From assembly GCA_030295235.1 (NCBI GenBank), contig AP026134.1, positions 1,054,001 through 1,118,000 of the forward strand: 64,000 nucleotides of DNA, read 5' to 3'. Source of the stretch: Fistulifera solaris (lineage: Eukaryota). Every line of letters begins with the position of its first letter. The first letter of the stretch is position 1. Both the position numbers and the translations under genes were made by a program. The notes beneath the pieces are model-generated. The model did not search any database and had not been told where the DNA came from. It saw only the letters and a list, made by a program, of their open reading frames with translations. This document shows, one piece after another, positions 34,849 through 46,134 of the stretch.

Positions 34849-35374
34849 TGCGCAAGAGGATAATGAATTCAATCGAATACACGTCGTGTTTTTGTGTGAG
34901 TTTTGTGATTTGTGATGGCAAAAATTTGTGAAACGACAGGTGCGCCGCTGACGTCATAGATCCGTCACCTGTGCGTGGTGTGTCGGCTCACAATTGCGAG
35001 AAGGAATCTTAGAGCCAATGGCGGTCTGTAAACGAACTTTTTCGCCCTGCTCGAAATAAAAGATCTTCAATTCTATGATGATTAATAATTACTCTATTAG
35101 GGGGTGATACTTTGTAAACAATAATAAATCTATACTCATGACTGAAATTGTGCAATAATGGCGGATTGCCCCCTAAACATAGGGTAATAGTACGTGAAAG
35201 AGAACGATCCGCACCGCATTTTGCCATACATCATCGAGCAGTGAAATGTAAATGCTGCAAAAGACGGTTATAACCTGCATAATGCGATTTTGAGCTTATG
35301 AATATGCGTGCAAAACGGATGGAAGGTACCTGGCAGTGAGTACGGAACCTTGTCGGAGTAATATTTTTATTTAA

Positions 35375-35402
35375 CTCATGACTGATATGCAGTCATGGTG
35401 AA
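35375..35402. promoter_or_regulatory. Recurrent palindromic intergenic element (copy 2); half-copy at 35132..35148
   Basis: CTCATGACTGATATGCAGTCATGGTGAA contains a perfect CATGACTG-N5-CAGTCATG inverted repeat. Confidence 0.55.
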
Positions 35403-35579
35403 AAACGGCTAACACATTGGTGCTATAGTGATTCTTCTGCAACAGTGCACAACCAGATACTATTGTCGGCACCGCGGAAAAATGAACAGCCAACCATCAT
35501 CTTGTAACATTTCATTTAGATGATTGCCCAATCACTTTATTTTGCTCCGTATTAATAATATTTTGCTCCGTACGACAGA

Positions 35580-36213
35580 ATGAAAAGAGGGCAGCTTGTT
35601 TTCAAAGGTGAGGCGACAAAAAAAGCAAAGAAAAAGGTGAAACACGATCGCAGACAGGATGCAAACGACGTCGGCGCAGTTGTGCTAAAAAATCCGCTGC
35701 CGAAAAATGAACGAGATCAAGACGTCGCGAAAGCTAAAAATGCGTCTTCAGTTCCATCTCCTACAATTCAAGATGGGATAGGGCAAATCACGTCATCTGG
35801 AACGGTGATTATGGGGCACGGAACGTCATTTATGAATACACTCTCCGTGGGCGACGCGATCTTGGTACAAATCGATGAGAACCAAGCGCCAGAGATGCGT
35901 GTGATCACCATGTGTCTTTCCAATACTTCCATCAATCTTAGCAGTTCTTTCTCACGGAGCTTGACGACGCCAACGTCGTTTCAATACATTCGAAAACCGC
36001 AAGTGCCTGGGCAATCACGAGCAGCCAAGACGAAGCTTGAACAAGACGATCATGAAAGGGCGAGTGGTTTTCAGGGTAGCAATGTACTAGTGTATCGAGA
36101 AAGTACTGAAACTGGATCCTATAGAATTAAAAAAAGAAACAGTGGCAGGTGATGTGTCTCGGACGCATTTGTTGGAGATGCGAGCCAAGAAGAAGAGCGA
36201 TAAGTATTGCTAA
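35580..36213 (+). CDS. FRG1-like small nuclear protein; frameshift in the A-run at 36129-36135
   Basis: N-terminal LVFKG+KKAKKK and a reconstructed C-terminus LLEMRAKKKSDKYC* resemble the FRG1 termini. Confidence 0.5.
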
Positions 36214-37069
36214 GAACGCCTTTGCTATTTCCAAAACTTGGCCTGTGACGAATATGACACCACATGGGTACTTTCGCAAAGATTCATGCAACAGGCGTAG
36301 TGCCCTTACTCAATGTTCTTTTTTATGTGCCATCCTCACTGCTGTCGACTGACTCTTACATAACCCAGCATGGGTATTCTGCAGCTTACCCGCTTGGGCA
36401 TCGCTGAGACGTCCCGCTTAGGTGTTTCTCGTCATGAAAACAATAGACCTTGGGACCATCACAAGGGCGCAACGATCGCATTCTTTGACCTCGACTCTCT
36501 ACACCATGACGGGTCGGTATTACAGTTTTTTTAGAAAGTTCATTCATTTCCCCAACACCTGAATATAGACTCTAAGAATTGATGTCAAAGAGCTAATTTC
36601 CCTATTTGTTGACTATGAACAAGATGCGAGATTTCATTCTCGTTTGATCAATGCTTGGCAAGATGTCATTACAAGCTTTACCTCGTAGTCGTCCACGACC
36701 AATAGAAAATGAAAACAAGAGGAGAACAATACCCGTAAGCCATCAATAACCTTAGTCTAGCTAGAAAGTAAGTGCCGGTAAGACCAGGGATGTTTTTAAT
36801 TATGCGGTGAAAAGTTTATGCGGAGAGGAAAACACACGATGATGAACGCGATGAACGCTGAATGCAATCGATGCACGGATACTGGATACGGGTTTCAGGA
36901 TGCTTCTATTGATGCCAAAGCATCGAAGCAACCCCTGATCTTGCTGCTTCTGTCTTCTTTTCCTTTGATTGTCGCTTCTGTGGATCTCGGAAGATTTACC
37001 TTTTGATGATTTCTGCATTAATTCGGCTATCTTAACGACGCTCGATCACATCCTACGAACGCAAACATC

Positions 37070-37723
37070 ATGGAAGGAGTTCATTTTCCAGCACAACAAT
37101 TAGCACTTACATCAACTTCACAAGGTCCTTCACTATTTGGGGTAGTCATTTCAGGTTTACCTGTACGAACTGGCTTTGTTCAAGTTGATTCGAATAAATA
37201 CGCATGTCGTCTAACGTGCCCCGGTGACATTACAGTCCCACTGACATCCGTCACGGAGCTTGTTATCTTTCTGTTTCAGCCTCTGCCGCCCCAGCAAGGT
37301 ATACTATGCTACTGGCAAATGGCGGCGGCGACTGGTTCACAGCAAGAGGCAACAGGCTTCGAATTACTGGGGTCACTAACACCCGACCATCCGTCAAGAA
37401 TATTTCACACGGGATGGGGCGAACACGAACAAATGGTGCAAGTATCTTCATCCAATACACCCGTGATTCTCACCTTGGGTTTGTCGGTGGAACCGATGGA
37501 CACGATCCAGAACGTGCAGCAGAATAACAAGGAATCCCACCGACTGTTTGTCGCCCAAAAAATAGCGACCGATTTGTATCGATTTCTACAAAGTTTTGAT
37601 ACGGGATCGGCTGGATCGGGTCAAATGGTGGTCCCGAAGAATGTTTTTGATCTTTGGTATCAGAGGTTTGAAAGTAGACTGAAAAGGAATCCCAACTTCT
37701 TTCTCAAGTCGGAGGACGATTAG
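37070..37723 (+). CDS. Hikeshi/OPI10 (DUF775) family protein
   Basis: Motifs FGVVISG, FELLGSL...PSRIFHTGW, LGLSVEP, LYRFLQSF and FDLWYQRFESRLKRNPNF. Confidence 0.85.
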   Translation: MEGVHFPAQQLALTSTSQGPSLFGVVISGLPVRTGFVQVDSNKYACRLTCPGDITVPLTSVTELVIFLFQPLPPQQGILCYWQMAAATGSQQEATGFELLGSLTPDHPSRIFHTGWGEHEQMVQVSSSNTPVILTLGLSVEPMDTIQNVQQNNKESHRLFVAQKIATDLYRFLQSFDTGSAGSGQMVVPKNVFDLWYQRFESRLKRNPNFFLKSEDD

Positions 37724-38042
37724 TGACTCTCTTAGAGAAGGAATGCTTTATGGACGGCTTTCGCGAATACTTTGTTCTCGCAAGTTAGATTATTCAAAAT
37801 GGATTTAGGATAAGCGTAGATAATAGCTTTAGAGTGTAGATTTACAATTGATGAAGTGCTTCGGTACACCTAGAACGGTCGTAAGAAAATGACTGGACCT
37901 GTATAGTCAAAGCTGAATTGTCTGGTTAGTTTTATATGACTATGAACAAAGTGATATAAATCTTGTTCCAGGTAGTTGTTCCTGAAAAACTTCCAGATCA
38001 AATGGATATGCGGCGGTATGCAGAATAAAGGGACAATGCTTT

Positions 38043-38522
38043 TTACCCAAAGATAGACAATCGTTTGCGCAGACGGCTAAATTTAGAAACCTTCACCGGA
38101 GCAGCGGCCTCCTCCGACCGAGGAAGAGTTCCTACAGTGTCAACCGACTTGCTGTCGGTAGAGCCTTCCGACGGAACAGCCGACGGGACACCTCCGCCAT
38201 TGCGGAATTGATTCATTATTTCTGCTGCTTGCAAGTTCTTCACCATCTCAGCCTCGGCTCCTCCATTCTCGGCAGCCGAAACTAGCGAGTATTTTGTCAC
38301 CGAGCATCGTCGCTTGGGTGTTCGGCGTTTGGGAGCAATCTCTTCAGCAACGGTATCCTGCTCGTATCCCATGTCTTCAATTGGAGCCGATTCATCCGGC
38401 TCTGCTTCACCATAGCCGTAGTCCCCGGCATCATCTCCGTAGCCATAGTCCATGTCCTGTTCACCGTACTGGTAGTCATATTGTTGATCGTCATCGTACG
38501 GGTAATCTTCATAGTCTGCCAT
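38043..38522 (-). CDS. Small acidic Tyr-rich protein with RRCSVTKYSL motif (paralog A)
   Basis: 159-aa ORF with DYGYG repeats. Shares motifs with 42801..43233. Confidence 0.75.
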   Translation of the reverse strand: MADYEDYPYDDDQQYDYQYGEQDMDYGYGDDAGDYGYGEAEPDESAPIEDMGYEQDTVAEEIAPKRRTPKRRCSVTKYSLVSAAENGGAEAEMVKNLQAAEIMNQFRNGGGVPSAVPSEGSTDSKSVDTVGTLPRSEEAAAPVKVSKFSRLRKRLSIFG

Positions 38523-39371
38523 GGTAAAATTTGTAATGCAGTTTGAAAAGGGGATCGTTTTGTTGTTTACTATGCGAGGAGGGGATTTTGCTTCCGTCGA
38601 TCGATCTTCCCCTTTCCTGCGGTCATTTCGCTCGGTATTTCATGACTAAACAAAGTTCGAAGGGCCTACAGGCATATCTAAAGGAAGAAAAATCCTACCC
38701 ATTTCATTACTCACAATTGGAGTTATGACTCCCAGATAGGCATTCTGTACTGAAATGACTAAGCTCTCGGCAGAATTATGACTAACACGCTCTGGGGCAA
38801 TACTTTTTATTCGGTAAAAATCAGCCTTTCGCGAACGGACAATTTTTGACAATTTTCAACGGTTTGATCTCGTAATATCGTGTCTCCAACAGCCGTAGAA
38901 CATGGTTTAGCCGGTATTGAAAAATGAAACGGGTCCCGGTACCAGTACCCATGAGATTACGTTCTTGTTCCCGCAACATTGCCGCGCCGACGTGGGGTTT
39001 TTTCGCCCTTTGATAAGATAAGTAGATCTACAGTAACTGCATAGAGTTCATTCATCTCGAACAACGAGGAAACGATGCTGTCATGATTTCATGATGATGT
39101 GGTGCAGTTTTTCAAACAAGGTTCAAACTTCAAAATAGGATGGATTTCTTCGATCCCTATCTCTATATTCCGTCCGAAAAAGCGAGGGGAACATTATTAT
39201 TTTAATTTTTTCGTCTTTTTTTCTTTCTTGTCCTTTCTCGTTCCCTTCGCGTCCTTGTGCTTGTCATTAATAATTAAATGGTCATTCTGCCCCTCGAGCT
39301 CATAGTAGACGGTTGTACCCGGGTCGTCCACTTTTCCGAAGATAGAGCGAAGACTCCCATCGCAAATTTCC

Positions 39372-40451
39372 ATGGAAGAGGAGTGCAATTTCGAAAATGA
39401 GGGGACATCGTACACTATTCGTGGACTCAAACACAACGAATTGGAGGCGTGGGCCGACTTTTGTGCCTCGGTTTTTACTTACAAGAAGAACCCACCTCCA
39501 AGTTCGTATTTCTTGCGACACTTCCTTGCGGATCCAGATCGTCAGAGTTCTCCCTGGATTCGAGTGGCTTTGCTAGACGGCAAACAAATTGTTGCTTCAT
39601 GCCGAGTACTTTTCCGACGGGTTTCTGCCGGTGCTACTGTATTGACAGGAGCAGGAATCGGTGAAGTATGCACAGATATCGCACACCGAAGGCGGGGACT
39701 TTCGACAAAACTTCTTCAGAATGCCTTCTCCATCATGGAAAATGAATCCATCTCCTTTGATTTTTCGTTCTTGCACGCGTCGGAGATCTTTTTCAATTTT
39801 TATCGGAGTAAGGGATATACTGTAAATGCAAAGTCTCGTTGGTACACGGCTCATGTCGACAGTAACATTTTGGCATCGTATGCAACACGGACTGCGCATT
39901 CCTTCTCTATTCGAATGGCACAATTTCCACATGATGCGGACCAGCTTATGCGAATGCACTGAAAATACTCGGAGCAAAGACTAAGAGGGACAATCGTTCG
40001 ATCTCGCGACTACTGGGTCAATTATGTATCTGGAGAGTTGAAGGGAAGCCTTTATCTTTTATGCGAAAAGCATAGCGCAGAAGGCAAAATTATTGGGTGG
40101 TTATCGTTACGCCGACGAGACGACGATGAGGCTACAACAAAGTTGCAACTAAAAGAGTTTGGCTGTGCAAATCCGATAAAGAACTGCTATTCGGTTCTTG
40201 CTCATTTAGTGCGTTACGCAGCTATCGAGTTGTCCAAGGAAGCGGAAATAACACCTCAGTTTCGGCTTCAGTTGCCGCAATTGGTTTGTGAAGACGCTAA
40301 GCAGAGTTGCATAGGCGAATCATTCCTGTCAGAAATTCTCGAAGAAGACGATCATGGATGGATGTACAAACGTTCAGCGGACCCCGACCTTGTTACACAA
40401 ATTGTAGATCCCGACAGTCATCATCTCATTTGGCCAACCGATTCATTTTAA
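39372..40451 (+). CDS. GNAT acetyltransferase, Eis-like; 1-nt insertion at about 39960
   Basis: Motifs GIGEVCTDIAHRRRGLS and FYRSKGY. Removing one base gives HEKYSEQRLRGTIVRSRDYW, leading into the 40038..40451 ORF. Confidence 0.8.
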
Positions 40452-40476
40452 AACGTTCGTTGCACCTTAAACCGGA

Positions 40477-41871
40477 TTACAGCGCTTTCGTGGCTGAGGT
40501 TTCGTACGACCTAAGTTCCGCTTGAGCTCGGTCCCTCACCACGTCGAAGAAGCGATGCTGCATTGCTTGCTGCGCGGTCCATCTTTCCTCGTGATCGTAC
40601 ACAAGAAGACGATCGAGAAGATCCAAGGCATCTTCCGTAAGTAGGCTCGGTGACGATGCCTCGTTTCTTTTCTTATGCGGGGCAATTGAATGTAATGCTT
40701 GCCAGTAATCATTCCAACGAACTCGTTGCGGGCGGTTAGATAGAGAAAGATTCGATTCGGGACTGTAACTGGTTTCTAGCTCACGTCGTAAGCTCTCCGT
40801 TACTTCGATACTGTATTTGTTGATGTAGGCCCACATGTCTTCAATTCCCAAAACAGCAATTATTTTGTGGAGTTGCTCCACATTGTCACGACCACGAAAG
40901 AAGGGCTCACGATGAAATAGTAACCCAGCGAGTATGCAACCGACACCCCACAAGTCTATAGCATAATCATAGTAGCTGTTTCCTAGCAATAATTCAGGAG
41001 CCTTGTAGTGACGACTTGCGACTCTGACATTGTAAGGAATGGATGGATGATAAAAATCCGCCAAACCAAGATCAATTAGTGTCAGAGGCGAGCGGTGCAT
41101 CCCATCGTCTCCTCGGCGGTTGATCAATACGTTTCGTGGTTTGACGTCGCGATGCATTATACCCGTGGCATGAAGACCGTCTAACGCGGCCAGTAAATGG
41201 TATAAATAATATCGAATTTCATAATTTGTCAAAAAGGAATGGGCTTGAGGAGACGTTGAACTGAGATTGTTATCTGCTGAATGACAGAACCATTGCGATT
41301 GGGGACCAGCGTGCTGCATAACTAGAGCCGGCATACGAGGGAGGTCTGTAGAACTACCTCGATACTTTTCAAAGTAGTCGGGTGAAACCACGACGGCAAT
41401 AAGGCGGACAATGTTGGGCACTTGCGCGGCACGCTCCAGAACCATGATTTCACGGCGAATTTTGCGTTCGGCGACAGGTTTCAAGCATTTCACTACCACA
41501 AGAGTCCGTGGATCCACAACCGAGGGAAGTTTTTTTGTTGCGATCTCTTTCTCCAAATTGACATCTACAGCTTCGAACACATCTGAGAACTTCCCTGTAC
41601 CCAACCGACGCGTCAATGCAAAATCGTCGACAGAACGGACGAGAACAGTTTGCGAAGGGAATTGGTTATTCTCGTAATCGTAATACGACTGAGGCTTTTG
41701 GGAGCAACCAAATGGATATGCTTTCTCTCCTTCGGTACACCGTAATATAAGAGTACAAAATGCGTGGACGATCAGAAAACGACCTTGACGTCGGGGAAAT
41801 GTGATTCTTTGACCTTCTATTCGCCGTTTCGATCTATGTGGCCGCCGCCGTCCCAATTCCCGATCAATCAT
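40477..41871 (-). CDS. Casein kinase II alpha-like Ser/Thr kinase
   Basis: Motifs LGTGKFSDVF, KCLKPV, IMHRDVKP, IDLGLADFY.P..YNVRVASRHYK and LLVYDHEER. Confidence 0.9.
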   Translation of the reverse strand: MIDRELGRRRPHRSKRRIEGQRITFPRRQGRFLIVHAFCTLILRCTEGEKAYPFGCSQKPQSYYDYENNQFPSQTVLVRSVDDFALTRRLGTGKFSDVFEAVDVNLEKEIATKKLPSVVDPRTLVVVKCLKPVAERKIRREIMVLERAAQVPNIVRLIAVVVSPDYFEKYRGSSTDLPRMPALVMQHAGPQSQWFCHSADNNLSSTSPQAHSFLTNYEIRYYLYHLLAALDGLHATGIMHRDVKPRNVLINRRGDDGMHRSPLTLIDLGLADFYHPSIPYNVRVASRHYKAPELLLGNSYYDYAIDLWGVGCILAGLLFHREPFFRGRDNVEQLHKIIAVLGIEDMWAYINKYSIEVTESLRRELETSYSPESNLSLSNRPQRVRWNDYWQALHSIAPHKKRNEASSPSLLTEDALDLLDRLLVYDHEERWTAQQAMQHRFFDVVRDRAQAELRSYETSATKAL

Positions 41872-42002
41872 TATCTCCTTGCCATTTCAAAACATCAATT
41901 TTCTCATTTAATTAGCTTAGTTTCATTCGTCAATTTGTCGTATATCATTATTTTCTTTCGTCTACTTTGTTGGTTGCCGTGATGACGTCACACAAACATG
42001 TT

Positions 42003-42026
42003 TCATGACTGAAATGCAGTCGTGGT
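42003..42026. promoter_or_regulatory. Recurrent palindromic intergenic element (copy 3)
   Basis: TCATGACTGAAATGCAGTCGTGGT, identical to the reverse complement of 9826..9849. Confidence 0.55.
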
Positions 42027-42800
42027 AATCTACGATTCGTGTGTATAAGTATAATGCTGTAGTGAAGAAAGCCACTTGCCATAACTGCTGCTTTACACAT
42101 TTAAATGACATCTATCAAAGGACGGCCGAAATATATCGGCATCGACCTCGACAGACTATATAAAATAAGTGACTTTAGAAATGTTGTGATTAGTTGTATC
42201 GTTGTTGGCTTGCTATACGAACAGATCTTACAAATAGCTGGAATGCCATCAATTTTGCCTTTGCTAGAGAGTCGTTGCACTATGTTGCGGTGTTCTTACA
42301 AGACAAAGATTAAACGGTGCAGCTAGTAATCGTTAATGGGTTGATAATCCTGGAACGTGAGGAAATATCCTTGGGAGTGAGAGATACAAAAAGCGTTAAA
42401 TATCATGAAAACGAAACGACAATCAACACATTCAACCTTCAAATCTCCAAACTTGTACAAGTAGAGACCTAAAAAACCTAACCAACTTTACTTAGCAGTA
42501 AAAGGACTACCGATAAGACATCATCGTACAATCATTGATTGTAAAGATGCCCGTTGGGCAAACTCCGAGTGTCCGAGTATCTACGCTTCTGTACTTTGGG
42601 TGCATACCAGTTCTCACTAATTCGGAGTCATTGATATTTGACAGTGAAGAGCGAAGATTGGCGACTTTTTACTCCAAAACCCCGATTAAAAAAGTCTCTC
42701 CTGCATTGTCTCACAACTTGAGCCAAGTGCTCGACTCCTAGAGCTTCTCAATTACTTGTTCTTATTCTTCGCCTTGCTTCAAATCTCTTTGCACCACAAA

Positions 42801-43233
42801 ATGGCAACCGCGGCTTGTGAAATCGGTCAAGATCTCTCCGAGACTAATTACTCATACGAACAGAACGAATACCAAGACATGGGCTACTCGTACGAACAAA
42901 ACATGGAATACCAAGATATGGGCTACTCTTATGATCAAAATATGGAATATCAAGATATGGATTACGGCGATAGTGAGGACTATGGCTATGGGGATCAGTC
43001 GGATCCACCGAATAGCAGCGAGCCGGTGGATATGGGGTATGAGTATGAGGAAGACTGCTCCCCGCCCCCTGAACCTGAAAAACCCGAACCAAAGGCTCGT
43101 CGGCCTCGACGTCGCTGCTCTGTGACAAAGTATTCCCTGGAAGAAAGTGCTCAATCCGGTTCCCCCCGAAGCTGAGATGGTGAAGAACCTCCATGCTGCC
43201 GAAATGTTGCAAAAGTTCCGACAGGGATTTTAA
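42801..43233 (+). CDS. Small acidic Tyr-rich protein with RRCSVTKYSL motif (paralog B); frameshift in the C-run at 43162-43167
   Basis: 13-aa repeats (EYQDMGYSYEQNM) and RRRCSVTKYSL. The shifted tail EAEMVKNLHAAEMLQKFRQGF* matches paralog A. Confidence 0.75.
42849..42965 (+). repeat. Coding 39-bp tandem repeat, about 3 copies
   Basis: The unit GAATACCAAGAYATGGGCTACTCKTAYGAWCAAAAYATG repeats. Confidence 0.8.
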
Positions 43234-43587
43234 AAAGCTTCTCGTCAGCTTCTTCATAGCTTCGCTCGTCATAAACTTCCAGCATATGGGAGATCGTTTA
43301 ACTTCAGTACTGGTAACATAGATCATCTTGTTTTCGAACAAATTGATATGATAAAAACGAATTTGAGTTGCGAGGAGAAAGACAAAGATGCATGATGAGC
43401 TGTTTTTGTGTTGAATGATTTAACCTGAACTTTAACGGGATACGTTTGTGCATCGCAGCGACAAAGAAGCACAACGGTCCCCAATAAAACAGCACGCACC
43501 ATGGCAACCCGGCACCGCTTTTTGAATAACAGTCCTCGTCAAGTCAGTTATAAGAGTAGCAAAAGGCCATTTTTGTTTCGCATTATC

Positions 43588-44786
43588 ATGATATCACTTT
43601 CCTTGTACTTACTGGCGCTTGTTCTCGTATCCTTTGGTTCTCCTGCTCATGCCGCTCTCACTCGAGCTAAACTCGAAGAGCTTCTCTTTGATCTGCGAGA
43701 TGAAGATTTGCGCATTGTTCGATGGGATGCTAGTGAACACACAGCTCAGCGGCAATACGCTGGTGGATGTGATTCTCTTTCCGCTGCTTTAGACGTTATC
43801 ATCGATAATAGCGAGTCTCACAAAATCAAAGCGATCGCCGCCGAATACGCCACTTTCTGTATTACAGACAATCCGGAGCATCGTCAAATCTTATCGAAAA
43901 AGGACCTTCCATCTACAATGCCGTGACTGACCTTATTGCATCCAACAACAACAAAGCTTCCGCAATGGCCAGTCATCTTGTTTACATTGCCAGTTTTGCG
44001 AATGCTGACAATCATTCGGGGTTTTTCAAAGCCGGTGCGGTTGCGAAGCTCTCTTCTGTCATTCAAGATAGCGTGAAAGAGAAATCAGATGTTATTCCTT
44101 TTCAGGTCATGTGGGCTGCTGCAGCTTTACAAAATCTAGCCGCGAGTTACTGTAACACGGAAAACAATGGAAGGTGCTTTTGGGAGTGGCCCAGGAAAGG
44201 TGACGATGTTGCTCTGAGCGAAGAATCTCTGCCTATGATCTCCAGTGGCGAAGCTGTACGAAAAGAGATTGTCGAAGACCCACAACTGATTGAAATACTC
44301 GTGGAATACGCGTGTGAGGGTCCAGTGCAAGGCGAAATGAGCGAGCAAAACCCATTCCCCGGTGAGAATGCCAAATTAGGCCGTCATGAATTGAATCACA
44401 ATATTATCGCCTGGGCTGCTACCGGTGCACTCAAGAACATTGCTCTCGAGCCATCCGCGAAAAATCGGGTCGAGATTGGTTTGCCGTGCTATTGTCGCAT
44501 GGCTCGTTCGCCAGACTGGCTAGAAGAAAACAAAGGATCCGGCCTTATGCATCATCTTCGCCGAGACGATCCTTGTTGGTTTTCGGACGAAGAAGATTTG
44601 AATGGTCCTCTCTGCCTGGATCGCGCATTCGTGGATGCAGAGGGATATACGTGTACGGACTACGGCAGCGCCACAAACGAAGAGTGCAAAGCCACTGATG
44701 CAGCTGGAGTTCCTGCCAGTGTCGCCTGCTGCGGATGTCGTGGAGGAGACTGGGAAGACACTGATGACAGCGGCGATGAACTTTAA
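43588..44786 (+). CDS. ER-luminal ARM-repeat protein with Cys-rich C-terminal domain and GDEL; frameshift at about 43897-43901
   Basis: Signal peptide MISLSLYLLALVLVSFGSPAHA, ARM-like AAAALQNLA and ATGALKNIA, ACCGCRGG, and a C-terminal GDEL. Confidence 0.7.
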
Positions 44787-44837
44787 ATGGTAGATAGGTA
44801 CATAAAAAGTAGTCCAGTAGAAGTAGCATGTTTATAA

Positions 44838-46134
44838 TTACAAAGAAGCAAAAAATTCATCCAAATCTTCATCATCATTCGACTTGTTGACCGCAGTCTG
44901 GGGTTCCTTCGTCGCGGAAATTACTCTTTCGGATATAGAATTCTTCTGTAATTTTGAATTAACGGATTTGGCCTTTTTGTTCGACAACGATGGCTCCACA
45001 TTCAACGTCGTTCCACAAGGTAGCTGAACACCGTTCATCTTCCGTAAAAGAACAGCTGAGAGAAAACGAAACAAGAGAGCAACGCGAGACTGCAAACGCA
45101 CAACAAATTCAATTACTTCTATAAACCAAATTCGCGCCACTCTATACCTCATCATGCTACTAAGCATTAACACGTACCTGTTGACAAACAGTGTCCAGGA
45201 ACTCTTCTGTATTCTGACAACCTTCAAATATAATCAAACCGTCACCTTTCATGTTCCCTTGTATTTTGTCACGATATAAGTGTATCTTTTCGATATTTCC
45301 GTATGTTCTGAAAAGATCCCGCAAGACATTTTCATCAACCGATGACGAGTCTTCAAAACCTGATACATAGACTGCAATCGAATTGCGCACACCACCCCCT
45401 TTTTGAAATTGCCTATCCACGAGATTCTTTCGAAAGCTGGCACCTATTCCTGCTTGAATCGCAATGTAATCCTTTCTTTGCTTCTGTGTCTCATATCGCT
45501 GCTGTTGACGCTCTTCTATTATCGCCAGGTATTCTCGATTCCATTCTTCGGCAGCCGAAAGTTCAGCAGCTTGTTGGTGCATTCGTTGTTGTTCCCGTGC
45601 TGAAACATACTTCAAATTTTTCTCAAGGAAGCGTTGTTTTCGTTCTTCTTCTTTGGCCAGACTGATTCGACGAACGGCAGCAAAGACAGATGTGCCTGTC
45701 GTAAAGCTTTCGGGTGGCTCCGACAAAAAGTGTTGCTGTTGCTGCTGAAATCGTGATATAATTTCCTGAGCTCGGTCACGAGCCACCTGGATTTTTGTTG
45801 CATCATCGACGACAGTCGACGATGGCGGTTCGGTTTGCCTAACGGCCATTACGATTGATGTGCCTTTCATTTCTTGATGAATTAGTTCGTCATCCTCTTC
45901 CACTTGCATAGCTTTGACGAAATGAGGAACGGTATCAGCCGATTGTAACTGCTGCTCGTGGTATTCGAGACATTGTTGTAGATGACGCTGCATCATCTCG
46001 TCCGCAAAAGAAGCCCCTGGTTGAGGAGCTGCTTGTGGCAAAAAGCCGAGTCCTGCCACTCGCGAGTACTCGGTTTCTTCCTTTCCGCGTTCATCGAAAA
46101 CTTCTTTGTCAAATACTGTTATTTTCTGTTCCAT
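44838..46134 (-). CDS. Coiled-coil + RRM protein (Tat-SF1-like RRM); intron 45039..45177
   Basis: RNP2 VYVSGF and RNP1 KGDGLIIF. A GTACGT...AAG splice joins VCQQ to MNGVQL. Confidence 0.7.

Noticed and set aside
35539..35572. Direct repeat TTTTGCTCCGTA around TATTAATA
   Set aside because: A single short local duplication with no other copies seen.
36396..36430. TPP riboswitch (GGGCATCGCTGAGACGTCCC)
   Set aside because: It resembles only the CUGAGA half. The GAACCUGA/UAAU/GCG part is missing and no thiamine gene is adjacent.
39958..39962. TGA readthrough or Sec in the GNAT gene
   Set aside because: The downstream coding sequence is in a different frame, so a 1-nt insertion explains it.
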